60,000 bases of DNA from Malacoraja senta (lineage: Eukaryota): positions 870,001 to 930,000 of the forward strand of contig CM075998.1 of NCBI GenBank assembly GCA_038087875.1. Direction: 5' to 3'. The stretch's first letter is position 1; the number at the start of each line of letters is the position of its first letter. The translations under genes and the position numbers were made by a program. Below, piece after piece: positions 39,807-51,974 of the stretch. The notes under the pieces were generated by a model, which saw only the letters and a program-made list of their open reading frames with translations, did not search any database and was not told the origin of the DNA.

Positions 39807-40341
39807 AGTATCCTCACCTTAGGAAGGTTATACAGTACCAACCTATATTTCAAAGACTACATTACGTAAATAATTTAGTCTCTTTTCCAAAAGAGTTTAG
39901 TGGTCATTAATCCCTATTTTAAGCAGTGCTTCCAAAAACACCTAGTCACAGAGTCATCCAGCACAAAAACATGCCCACCCCGGCCCACCATGTCCATGCC
40001 GACCATCGTAGTCATCTCCTCACGTTTTGCCTGTAGCCTTCTATACCTCTCTGCCTCTGCAGCTGGCATCAGTAATATCAGCTGCAAGGCACCAGGTCTG
40101 GCCGGCACGTGGTCCATGAGGCTGTGTCTACAGGTTGGGTCCAGCACATTGCCTGTCTCACTCCTCATCCATGTCCTGAAGGGGAGTGTGTAACATGGTG
40201 GGCTGCACCGTGCCAGTCAGCAGAGACTTGCCTTCCTGGGGATTGTTGCATTAGCTTCGATCCTGGGTAACGAGCCCTGGAGAAGGTTCGTTTGAGGGCA
40301 AAAAGGGAGTCTTTTCCCCCCATAAAAAGAACCAAACGTAA

Positions 40342-40557
<216 letters not shown>

Positions 40558-41619
40558 GCACAAGCCTTTGAAGCATTCCTTTTCCACACCTTGACATTCC
40601 CAAAGGGCAGCCTTCACATTCTTCCCAAACCACTTCTTCCCCCCCCCCATTCATCCCCACCCTCCGACCCATTTTATTGCAGGATCTGATGATCAGGACG
40701 CACACTTCATGGAAGCCCAGCGCTGATCTTACAACAAGCGACAATGTCAGTGGTCTCAAGGCCGACTGACTGAGCGATCGGAACTGCTGTTCTTTGATGC
40801 AAGATCTGCCCGGTGTTATAAGGCTTATTTCCTGAACTCTCCTTTCTAGGTGATATCTGAAGGTAACACCAGTGTCCCAATTTGTAGAGCAGCTTTGGGA
40901 GTAAAGATTTGATAATTCCTTTAAAAAAAAAAATAGATTGGAAGTTGTTTACACAAATCAAAAGCCTTGATGTGCTGGATTCTTGCACCTGCAGTAAGTC
41001 ACAGAAGACAGTTTTCAACTCCAAATGTTTTATATTTGACATAATGAGATGTTGTCAGTTTTATTTTCTAACTGTTTTAATGGTGGCCCTACCAAATGTT
41101 CCCTTGCAGGTTTTTTTTTTTTTTTTCAGACGTGCAATTGTATTTAAATTTGTAAAGGAAATTTGTGTGTAATATTGGATATTACAGTATTCAGTGACAT
41201 GTGAAAAGTACAGAACTTTATTTCGTACTATCTGAATTTGAAGGATAATTGTATATCAGTGTTGCGGGGGACAGGAAAAGCAGTGATGGGAGAGGCTGGC
41301 GTCTTAGGTTATCCATCTGAAAGGTTGCCCACTCCTTCTCTCCAGAGATGCTGCCTGTCCCGCTGAGTTACTCCAGCATTTTGTGTCTACCACTCATGTA
41401 ATATTGTACCACCATAGACGGGCATTTTGTTCCGGTACAGTGTGTTACTGGCCAAACAAATTGAAATGAGGGCTCCACTGACACAGAGCAGCAACAAGGA
41501 AACACCTACCACTCAATCGAACCTTGTGATCTCAACAGGAGGGGCACCTTCTGTCATGAAGTCAGCCAAAGGCTAATGCAAAAGTGGGGGGAGCAAATCA
41601 AAAAGCATTTTATATCAGA

Positions 41620-42065
41620 CCTCCTGAGTGCTAAGTTTGAAGTGCCATAGTCGGCAGCTGAGCTCTAGGCTGACAATCCCACTCCGGTACACAGAGAGTG
41701 CCGTGCTGTCAGACCACGCACCACTCAGGCAGTGCTGGACTATATCAAGTTCTGAACGCAACATTAAGCCGAGGTCTTGCGTGGATGTAAACGATGCCAC
41801 GACGATCTCATGAAGGGCGGGGGAGAGTCTCCCTCATCCTCACATAGTGTCCTCCCCAATATTAACATTCGAACAACATCAGAAAAACAACTTGCCAGGT
41901 TTTTGATATTCTCACTGTTTATGGGAACTTGCTGTGTGCAAATCACTTGCCTTGTTTCCTGTGTTGCAAATGTCGGCAATTGAAAAGTATTTCATTGGGT
42001 ATAAAGTGCTTTGGGCCATGCTGAGGTAGTGAGGGACACAGTAGGAAATGCAATTCTCTCTCTTC
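41620..42065 (+). mobile_element. Ancient Deu-domain SINE (SacSINE1/AmnSINE1-related), diverged
   Basis: Ordered degenerate motifs GTGGATGTAAA..., CCAATATT, GGGAACTTGCTGTGTGCAAAT, AAAGTATTTCATTGG.TATAAAGTGCTTTGGG, and an L2-like tail AAATGCAA. Confidence 0.7.
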
Positions 42066-43089
42066 CCTGGCACTCTGGAGATCACTAGTTCCCTTTTATA
42101 CTACCTTTCTCCTCTCCCGTCCCCTGCCACCCATACCCCCCCCCCCCCCCAGGCTTACCTTTTCACTCCTTTTCTTTCCCTATCTGACATCCTTTTGTCT
42201 CCTTTTCACCTCGAGCTTTTGTCACTTACTCCACCCATCTGCATATCAAACACCCTCTCGCCTGTATCCACCTATCACTTGCCAGTCCCTGTCCTGCCAC
42301 CACCTCTCCTTTACACTTGTCTACCCTCTACCCCGTCAGTCTGAAGAAGGGTCCCGACCCGCAATGTCAGCTGTCCATTCCCTCCGCAGATGCTGCCTGA
42401 CCTGCTCAGTTCCTCCAGCACTTTTGTTTTGCAGCCTATAACATGGTCTAACGAGTCTAAAGAGACTAAAATTTGTAAGAGTAAAGGTTTACGTTTTTTT
42501 TAAAATTGTATATTGTCCTGCAAACTAAGCTAAATTTACTCGTTTATCATGAAATTTCCTCTTAAGTCCTATCAGGCAAGGAATGTCTCTGATGTGTTCA
42601 CTGTCGAGTAATCCTCTGGTTTGGGTGAACAAGTCTGATGCGTGTTCTCAAGGTTTACTTCTTCATTCAGAAACCTGAGTAAAGAGGACTGGGAAAAATG
42701 TGGGAATGGGAGACAGATGCAGCAAGGGATGTTGAGATGAGTCCAGACTGGGACAGTCAAGTTATAGATTGCCCGGAGAAAATGCCAATACCACTGCTTG
42801 CCCAGTTTACAACAGCAACTCCAGACACCGCTGTTTAAAGTCTCATGCCATCCAGCACACTTCACAACTCAACCCAAAGACTGCACTAATGTAGCTATTG
42901 TGTGAACACGTGACTTACATTCCTTGTTCTCATCCGTAAACCAGAGCCCTAGCTGAATATATTTGGGAGGGGATGCCAGGGAAACATGAAAAGCAGGCTG
43001 TGTTTACCCTCGGCTCATATAATAGCTTACCTGTAGTCAGGAGGATCATTAAACAGACACCCCACCCCATCCACCTCCCCGACTAATGC

Positions 43090-43425
43090 AGTACTGTGGG
43101 AGTGCCGTATCAGAGGTACTGTCCTTCAAATAGTACTTTCAAATGAGGTTCAGTCTGCCTGTTCTGGTGGATGTACAAGATCCCGTGGCACAGCAGGGAG
43201 TACTCCTGATGCCCCGGCCAATGTTTTATTTTCCCAACACTGCCAAGATTGGATTAACATGTCTTTAATTCTTGCGCTGCTTCTGCAATCTTGCTGAGCG
43301 CAAAATGATTGCTGCATTTGCCTACAGACCAACAGATACAGCGTTTAGAAGTGTTCCCAGGCACACAAAGTGCTTTGGGACATTTCTGAGGGAGGCGACA
43401 CAGCGCAAAATAAAATGCAAGCCTT
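43090..43425 (+). mobile_element. Ancient Deu-domain SINE, diverged
   Basis: GGTGGATGTACAAGATCCCGTGGCA, GGCCAATG, AAAGTGCTTTGGGACAT, AAATGCAAG; further fragments at about 9360-9550, 27000-27130 and 30480-30695 (minus). Confidence 0.68.
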
Positions 43426-43974
43426 CGCAAAGCAAATTTTGCAGCATTGCTTGGGGGAGTGGGCTGACATCGATGACTTCAGATTTTCGGTAGTAAGCAT
43501 TCTACCAGAATATCGAGCATTGCACACTGCGCTGAAAGTGTTCTTTTAACCATTCTGGGCAGCGATTTCTTTCAGCTACCGTACCTTGCAAAATCATTGC
43601 CAAAGCGCAAACACAATGATGCCACGTATAAGCACACAGATATTGCTCCTTTCCAGCCCTCACCCCCATTATTAGGCTTTTAGTACGTCGTGGTGTGTTT
43701 ATTATAAATAGACAATCTGCTTTTCACAGTATAGTGAAAGAAATTCCAAACCGAAGTTCTATTTCCTCCTAGCTTGTGGGTGCAAGTTGTCAATATATGT
43801 GAAAGTTGTTTAGAATTCAACTACCTTTCGATGGAGATCGTTTGGCCAGTGACAGCCATTCATGTTTTCGCTGATACTCAGCTTTTTAAACCTTCAGTTG
43901 CCATCTATATTTGTGACTATTTACTACCTAATAAAACTCAGCATGACTTTAGCAAACATAACTTCTTATAGAGT

Positions 43975-44320
43975 CATAAAGTGATACAGTGTGGAAACAG
44001 GCCCTTCAGCCCAACTCGCCCACACCGGCCAACAATGTCCTAGCTACCCTAGACTCATTTGCCTGCACTTGGTCCATAACCCTCCAAACCTGTCCTATCC
44101 GTGTACCTGTCCAACTGTTTCTTAAACAATAGTCCCAGCCTCAACTACCTCCTCTGGCAGCTTGTTTCACACATCCACCACCCTCTGTGTGAAAATGTTA
44201 CCCTTCGGATTCCTATTAAATCTTTTCCCCTTCACCTTGAACCTATGCCCTCTGGTTCTCGATTCCCCTACTCTGGGTAAAAGACTCTGTGCATCTACCT
44301 GATCTATTCCTCTCATGATT
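43975..44320 (-). mobile_element. CR1-clade LINE 3' fragment
   Basis: Minus ORF segment plus the CR1/HE1-type tail GGGCCGAAGGGCCTGTTTCC variant. Confidence 0.75.
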
Positions 44321-44564
44321 TTGTATTATTATTTTCCATCTTCTTCCTTTTCTCTGACCTTCGGCGCCTTTAACTCGCCCTCCGCAGCTGAACCACCTCT
44401 CGTGCAGCTGTGGATAGTGAGGGCTTCGGAGCTGGAGCCTGTCCCTGCCTTTTGCCCCAATGCTCACACAGCTCCAACCAGAGGTCACTGCCAGAGGGCA
44501 GGAATACTCACTGACCCTCTTTCCCCTTCCTTGCCCAAGACCACCGAGTCCACTGGTTTGATTT

Positions 44565-44825
44565 AATTTAGTTTAGAGATACAGCACGGAAACAGGCCCT
44601 CCGGCTCACCGATTCCATGGCGACCATCGATCACCCGTTTACACTAGTTCTGTTATCCCACTTTCTCATCCACTCCCTGCACACTGGGGGCAATTTACAG
44701 AGACCAATTAACCTACAAAGACGCACGTCTTAGGGATTTGGGAGGATACTGGGGCACCCAGAGGAAACCCACGCGGTCACAGGGAGAACGTGCAAACTCC
44801 ACACAGACAGAACCCGAGGCAGCAG
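44565..44825 (-). mobile_element. HE1-type V-SINE
   Basis: Tail and V-domain on the minus strand; another partial plus copy at 48475-48680. Confidence 0.8.
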
Positions 44826-45829
44826 CCCTATTAGCTGTCCCTGTCTTACCTGAGAGAACTCACTCTGCACAGGCCAAGAGTTCTGGGAGCAAATCAATCT
44901 CAACCATTCTGCAGCAGCTTTGCACTTAAACATTTCCAACGCCCCCCTCTCAATGTTATTGTTTTGCAATCGAAATTGGAGCTTCAATTTAAAATGACTC
45001 CATCCACCGCTGAAGCATGAATTCTTGTTCTATTAAAACTCCCTGGCTGCGGCAGACAACATACACTTTTGATGTGGCTTTTAAAAGAAGCAGCATCTTG
45101 TTTTCCTTATTGCTGCTTAGGAAGAAAATTGTTTTCAAAATATTACTGTGCGGCCACATATGTTAAATGAATTTTCAGCTCAAAACTGCTCGACAGTTTA
45201 ACATGCACAAAAACATTTTATTGGAATAAAGTGGCCTTTAGTGCAAAGTGAGCTGGTGTCACAAATTTAGATGTTATTGAGAAGCAAATTTATTTGTGCA
45301 TTTGGTCTGCCCGGGTAATGTACCCTGAATGTCCAGATAATAGAAGATTTGCCTCAAGTAATGTAGTCTTAAGAGTAATTCAAATGCACAATCTGTTTGA
45401 GGTATGGAGCCATTAAGGCTAGTTATACTGCCAGCTCAACAGCAGTGCATAAATATCAAGGCCTCTGGTCTCCTGCACTTAACGAACAGTAGGCAGATTC
45501 TCCGCATCCTCTAACACGTTAAAATGTTTCTGACTCATTCTCCCACCCGAACATGGAAAGCGGGTATTCAAACCTCCTTCAATGTTCAGTCAGAACGCAG
45601 TCAATGTGTACACTGTCAAACAAAATACAATTACAAAGTACTAAAGAAGTACAATTGTACTTCAATTCCATTGACGACTGCGCTCCATGTGCCCAATACC
45701 CTTCCCTCCCAAACAACTCATTGAAAATGGAAGTTACCCGCAGCAACCAAGCACCCTTGTGTGCGGGGGGAAGAAAAGCTTTCTGCTTTCACTCCTGAAT
45801 GAGTGATTTCCATTTGTAAGCTTATGCCT

Positions 45830-46405
45830 GTAGAAACAAGGAACTGCAGATGCAGGTTTACAAAAAAGGACACAAAGTGCGGGAAGTAACTCAGTGGGTC
45901 AGGCAGCATCTCTGGAGAACATGGATAGTTGACGTTTCAGGTCGGGACCCTTCGGTCTGAGCATCCATGTTCTCCAGAGATGCTGCCTGTCCCGCTGAGT
46001 TACTCCAGAACTCTGTGAAACATCACCTATCCATGTTCTCCACAGATGCTGCCTGACCCAGAGTTATTCCAGCACTCTGTGAAACGCCACCTATCTGTGT
46101 TCTCCACAGATGCTGCCTGACCCACTGAGTTACTCCAGCACTCTGTGAAACGTCACCTATCCATGTTCTCCACAGATGCTGCCTGACCCGCTGAGTTACT
46201 CCAGCACTCTGTGAAACGTCACCTATCCATGTTCCCCATTGATGCTGCCTGACCCGCTGAGTTACTCCAGCACTCTGTGAAACGTCACTATCCATGTTCT
46301 CCACAGATGCTGCCTGACCCGCTGAGTTACTCCAGCACTCTGTGAAACGTCACCTATCCATGTTCCCCATTGATGCTGCCTGACCCGCTGAGTTACTCCA
46401 GCACG
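45830..46405. repeat. Penelope-derived inverted element expanded into a tandem array of about 7 units of ~66 bp
   Basis: Unit GAAACGTCACCTATCCATGTTCTCCACAGATGCTGCCTGACCCGCTGAGTTACTCCAGCACTCTGT starts at 46017, 46081, 46147, 46213, 46279 and 46344. The block is flanked by TTGTAAGCTTAT at 45814 and 46406. Confidence 0.9.
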
Positions 46406-47640
46406 TTGTAAGCTTATACCTCTTGTTCTGAATTTCCACATTGACAGAAAACAGCTTCCTTTATAATTGGCCCTTTATCGTTTAGAAGCCCTGGGTCAGA
46501 GTGCTCCTCCACCTTCCAAACTCAAGCGAGTTCACCACATGCTTTGTTAGAAAGTCAAATTGTCACCTTTTTTCAGCATTTAGGGAAGTTTGCATCTTTG
46601 AATATTTATCTCCGGCTGTGGGCACAAGCAGGCTTTGCAACATTGAAGTCTTTTCTTTGACAGCTTCTATTTCTGGAACTTCTGCAAAGAATTTGCAAGA
46701 TGTTTTAATAATTTCAATGCTTAGAATGTAAATGCTTCTTGTGAACATTTTCTCTGTGTATTAGCCACTTTTATATCCATTTGACTTTGTTACTGGATAT
46801 ACAACGCTTATAGCTAGTTTCCATTTTACTTGTTTTTACTTACGATGATTGTATACAGAGTCTGTAAACTGTTTCTTAAATTGTGATCTCCCCTGTGAAT
46901 TGTAATACAATTCCATTGAAGTGAATTTAACTTCAAAAGTTTAAGTTGTACTTCTGTATTTGTATAAAATTGCTCAATAGGGGGAGGGGAGTATCTCTCA
47001 TTCCTTTTTTTTTGTTCTGGGCTGGTTTGGTTTATGGGGTCACAGAAAGATCTGTTGGAGTGCAGTCTGACCTGGTTCAATGCTTAACTGGAGACTGGAG
47101 ACATTAATTTCCTCAGCTGAGCCTTCCCAGCACATTTGCAAACAGGTCTGCCTTAGATTTCTGTCCGCGCTATTGTGCTACCATTAAGCAGCATCGAATC
47201 GTGAGGCTCACAGCTTTATTCTGGCAGGGGAGGATTCTAGGGCAGTTGCTTGCTCATTCATACTGCGTACTCCCTTGCCACTGATCATTGAACCTGTGAC
47301 CCAGGTCGGCAAAGCTACAGGACATCCTGGCAGAGAGTTGCCAGCTTTATGTTCGCTGTATTTATTCTGCCCTGTCTTGAAATACATTCCAATATGAAGT
47401 GGTCGCCATCTGGTCATCTGTGTTGATGTACAAGCATAGAAGTTGTAGAGTTCATTGATTTTTTTTAATTGAAATCTCAGATTTCCTTTAAACTGGAATG
47501 AATTTGAATGGTTGTTTACTGGCTTTCGATGAAAGGAAATTTTGTTGGGCGAGCTCCAATATTGTCATCGCCATCAATCCCTTTAGCTAAGGGCACCCCC
47601 GCCAGCTAGATTCAACCATTAAGGACTTCCTAATTCAATT

Positions 47641-47847
47641 GTGTAAGAAGGAGCTGCAGATGCTGGTTTACACCAAAGATAGACCCAACATGCTGGAGTA
47701 ACTCAGCGGGTCAAGCAGCATCTCATAGACACAAAATGCTGGAGTAACATATGGTCTGATGAAGGGTCTCGACCCGAAACATCACCTATTCCTATTCTCC
47801 AGAGATGCTGCCTGACCCGCTGAGTTACTCCAGCATTTTGTGTCTAT
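47641..47847. mobile_element. Non-autonomous Penelope-derived inverted (fold-back) element with 15-bp TSD
   Basis: Opposed copies of the repeat, flanked by CTTCCTAATTCAATT at 47626-47640 and 47848-47862. Confidence 0.8.
47753..47786 (+). ncRNA. Minimal hammerhead-ribozyme-like motif (CTGATGA variant)
   Basis: GGT-CTGATGA-A-GGGTCTCGACCC-GAAA-CATC-ACC; GGT/ACC can close a short stem I; ACGT has decayed to ACAT. Confidence 0.6.
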
Positions 47848-49999
47848 CTTCCTAATTCAATTCATTGAGCTGGGAAGAACATAGAAGTGGAAAGAGGTGA
47901 CAAACTCCATTGCCCTGAAACTTGTATCATCATCCTCGGACATCGATGCCCTTTGCCAAGTTACCCTTTTGGCTTTAGAATTCAATTCCAAATCAAAAGT
48001 AAAACGTTACTTGATGCACTTCACTCCTGGTTTATTCCAGAGTGGTAGATGGTGGGTGCGCAGTGCAAGGCTTTGATTTGATTCCGTTTTTATACAATAA
48101 AGTTGGTCAACAACTAAACAAAACTTTAAAAAGCTACAAATACTGGAAAGTTGAACTCTTACTCGTTAACTACAGCATTTCACTTAAAACCAAGATGGAG
48201 ACACAAGAGGCAACAGATGCTGGAATCTTGAGCAAAATACAAAGTGCTGGACGAACTCAGTGGGTCAGGCAGCATCTCTGGAGGGAAATGGACCCTTCTA
48301 TAATCACCAGTTCCTCCAGGTTCCAGCATCTACAGTTCCTTGTTTCTCTTTATTTTCTCTCATTCCCAGTTCTGAACAAAGGGTCGTTGACCTGAAACGT
48401 TATACTCGGCTGCTCTTTACACTGATGCACCCTGAACCGCTGAGTGCTTCCAGCTTCTTTTGGTTTTCCAGCATGTCGGTTTCCCCCCTACATCCCAAAC
48501 ATGTGCGGGTTTGTAGGTTAATTGGCCCTTTGTAAATTGCCCCTAATGTGCAGGGAGTGGATAAGAAAGTGTGATATCGTAGAACTAGTGTGAACGGGTG
48601 GCCGATGGTCGGCGTGGACTCCGTGGGCCGAAGGACTGGTTTCCATGATGTATCTTTCAATTCAATTCAATTCAATTCAATCTTTAACGTGCACATTTTT
48701 TTAATTAAGTATTCAACTCCATTTGTTTGCATCTTAGCTCAGTGGACTTTATAAATCCCGTGGCAATTTATGAAGGTGATCAGCACCTTTCCACGGTATA
48801 CTTGCCAACAATTTTAAAGCTACAAGAAAAAGTGATTGCTGTTTATGAGATGGCGCAGAACTGCAACTGGTTTTTTTCCCCTTTGTTACGATCACTGCTG
48901 TGCAGAAACGCAATGGGCGATGTAATCTTCAAACATCAAGGCGCGATTAAAATGCAAGTGTTTCTTTTCCCCACTCATCAGGTAGACTTTGATAGAGTAC
49001 ACCACAGGAACAGGCCATTCGGCCCAAAATGTCCGTGTCGGACATGATGCCAGGTTAAACTAATCTCTGCCTGCATGTTTAAGAAGGAACTGCAGATGCT
49101 GGAAAATCGAAGGTAGACGAAAAATGCTGGAGAAACTCAGCGCGTGAGGCAGCATCTATGCAGCGAAGGAAATAGGCGACGTTTCGGATCGAGACCCATT
49201 TCCCTGTATTTATATTGGCACATGGATATAGAGGGATATGGATCATTCGCAGGCAGATAAGAGTTTGTCTGGGCATCATGTTTTGCACAGACATTGTGGG
49301 CCGAATGGTCTGTTCCTGTACTGTGTTCTATGAACATAAATAACCAATGATAACCGATAAGGCACTGATCATATCAGTTTGCGCTAATGCGACTGCAAAT
49401 ATGTCTTGCTTACATAATGCCATACACTCAGTCCAATGTTTTTGTACAGATGCTTAAAGATAAATCCCTGACTTTCTGCACATGGGAACAATGTGACTGA
49501 GCTCGCAATTTGCACAAGGATTTGAAGTGCCTGAGGTTTCAGTGAAATTTGACAAATAAATTTGAACAGGTTACTTCAGGCAACAAAAAAAACTTGGACT
49601 GTTGGCTGGAGTCGGAACATTCAGCTGAGCTACGATTCGTGAAGGGCAGCAGCCATACCGTTGGAGGGAAAACTGATGAAGGCAGGGAAGTGACTGTTTT
49701 CCCGTTGACACATCGGCACGCAGAGCTCTCTGTTGCCTCCGTGGACCAGTTGGAGGTTCCACCGCAGAAGGGCGTCAATGAAGCGGCTGAAGAGCTGTCG
49801 TTATTGAAGGCACAAGTGCTGGCTGCCTGGTAAGCGTCACAGCCAGAGCACCTGGATTCTATTGAGGAAAGGGTGACTGGTAGAAAGGGAGGAAAAACGT
49901 CAAAATGACAGTAGTTGGAAATCAGTAATAAAAACAGAAAGAGCGGCAGGTGGCGCAGCTGGTGGAACCACTCCCTTACTGTTGGTCTGGTGTCCAGGG

Positions 50000-50860
50000 T
50001 TGCTGCGGGAACGCGTCCTCCCGGCCGCCAGGCGGAGGGAACGGGCGACGGGTGGGAGTCCTCCAGGCCGCCAGGGGTAGAGTGCTGGTCCTCCAGGCCG
50101 CCAGGGGTAGGGTGCTGGTCCTCCAGGCCGCCAGGGGTAGGGTGCTGGTCCTCCAGGCCGTCAGGGGTAGGGTGCTGGTCCTCCAGGCCGCCAGGGGTAG
50201 GGTGCTGGTCCTCCAGGCCGCCAGGGGTAGGGTGCTGGTCCTCCAGGCCGCCAGGGGTAGGGTGCTGGTCCTCCAGGCCGCCAGGGGTAGGGTGCTGGTC
50301 CTCCCAGTCGCCAGGGGGATGATCCTGGTCCTCCCAGTCGCCAGGGGGAGGATGCTGGTTCTGGTGCCCCCCCCCCCCCCCCCGGCACCGGTGTGGCGCC
50401 TCTCGGCGGAATCCCGTCGCTATAGGATCTTTGGTTTAAAGAACTGTTGACGGCGGCGGCGGCGGCGGCTCCTCCCGGGCCCAGCCCAGCCCAGCGCAGC
50501 CTGGCGGGCGGGCGGGCGGGCGGTGAGTGGGTGAGTGCGGGTGGGCGGGCCGGGCCGGGCCGGGCCGGTGTGTTGGGCAGGACAGGCCGGGCTGGGCTGG
50601 GCTGGGCCGCCTGTCTGATGGCATCGCAGCCCGAGGGAGGGAGGGAGGACACGATCACGATGTGTGAGCCGCAGCCCAGCCCGGCACGGCCTTTGTTACC
50701 GTCCGCACTCGGCCGTTCACCCCGCAGCAGCAGCAGCAGCAACAGCGGCCTCCAGCCCGACCCGACCCGGTCAGGCAGTCAAGGCCCGGGGCTGGCGTGA
50801 GGGCAGCAGCGGTGGGGAGGGAGACGCTGCAGGTAGTTCCCCAGACTGGCCGCAAATAAC
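50000..50860 (+). promoter_or_regulatory. CpG island; probable ZBTB39 promoter and non-coding exon 1
   Basis: Very GC/CpG-rich with repeated GGGCGG boxes, (GGC)n and (CAG)n. Candidate donors GTGAGT at 50523 and 50531, and CAG|GTAGTT at 50833. Lies about 5 kb upstream of the ZBTB39 acceptor. Confidence 0.75.
50050..50365. repeat. 30-bp minisatellite (CCAGGGGTAGGGTGCTGGTCCTCCAGGCCG), about 10 copies
   Basis: Directly visible near-perfect tandem copies, degenerate at both ends. Confidence 0.97.
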
Positions 50861-51974
50861 TTTATCACTGTCCACGAGTTCTTACCCAGGGGACGATCCC
50901 CTTGTCCAGAGGCTGTTGTGTAAATGTCTGCATGAGTAACAAACACCTTCCTTTATTAAGTCTTGAATTTTAGCAATCTATCATCATCGCATTTTTTGTT
51001 TTTTGTTTCCCCGATTGTCAATTCTTGTCAGCTTCGCCCCCAACCGAGCAATGTCCCAGAAACTATCTAACTCACTTAAATATGCGGTCAGTTTTGATTT
51101 ATTCGGGTTTAAGTGAACATTTTTACCTTTATTGGTATCATTCCTCATCAAATGTACTCAGTGAAGGTCAAAGCTATTCTTAAAGAGCACTCTAGAAAGC
51201 AAGATTATTTTTATAGGGATGCTTGATTTATAGTTTGAAGAAACTTGATATTTTAAGATAGTGGTATTTTGTATGGTATTTCTAACAGTTTGGTTCATGG
51301 AGTTGTGGTTTTCTAACACAGGTGATTCTATTCAGCAATGTTTGAAAGTTGTTTGAGAAATATTCCGTAGTATTGTGTTGCCAATGGAAAGAGTTAACAA
51401 ATTAATATAGTACTATTTTGTTATCTCCTTTATAATCACGTTCCTATCAAAGATCAGTGATAAATGTACAAAATTAAAGAATGCTGCTGTTTAAAAACTT
51501 AATTCAACATTTTAAACTGTCAATTTATTTAACAGTCATCAAAGCCGCTGGGTTACAAGCCTAGAAATACTTCTATGTTATCCTATCCAACTGTGATTAT
51601 AGGAATTGTTCTTTGATCATAAACCAGTTTATAATCAGGTCATTTAAAAAGTCAGATAATATAACGAATCAATGAATAAGTGTATTGGCCAAGTATTTAC
51701 ATACAAGGAATTTGCCTTGGTGCTCTGCCCGCAAGTGACAACATGACATACAGTGACAGTTAAGAATGATACATAAAACATTAAACATTAATAATAAAAC
51801 ATTATTGATTAAACATGTGAATTAAATGAAATACCAGAGTAAAAGGACCATAGTCAATGCACGTGGGAAGTTCTGTGTTTATTTGCGAAGTCTCCGGGGA
51901 GCCAAGTTCTAAATTCTACAACAGATCTTATCAAGAATGTATTGCCCACACAAAATTGAAAGAGAATCTAGAAA

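Noticed and set aside
45961..46405. CRISPR-like appearance of regular repeats
   Set aside because: No unique spacers, eukaryotic context, and the unit derives from the Penelope-type repeat.
46563..46748. Minus-strand ORF ending ...TSLNAEKR, reminiscent of the TAC3 precursor cleavage site
   Set aside because: I found no FxGLMG-encoding sequence by eye on either strand in 41-50 kb; the donor is weak and the strand is opposite to that expected from human gene order.
49549..49833. 94-aa + strand ORF ending at a strong donor
   Set aside because: No ATG start or recognisable homology; at most a non-coding alternative leader exon.
49915..50450. ORFs with PPGVGCWSSR / ARGRVLVLQA repeats
   Set aside because: A consequence of a stop-free 30-bp minisatellite; no splice or homology support.
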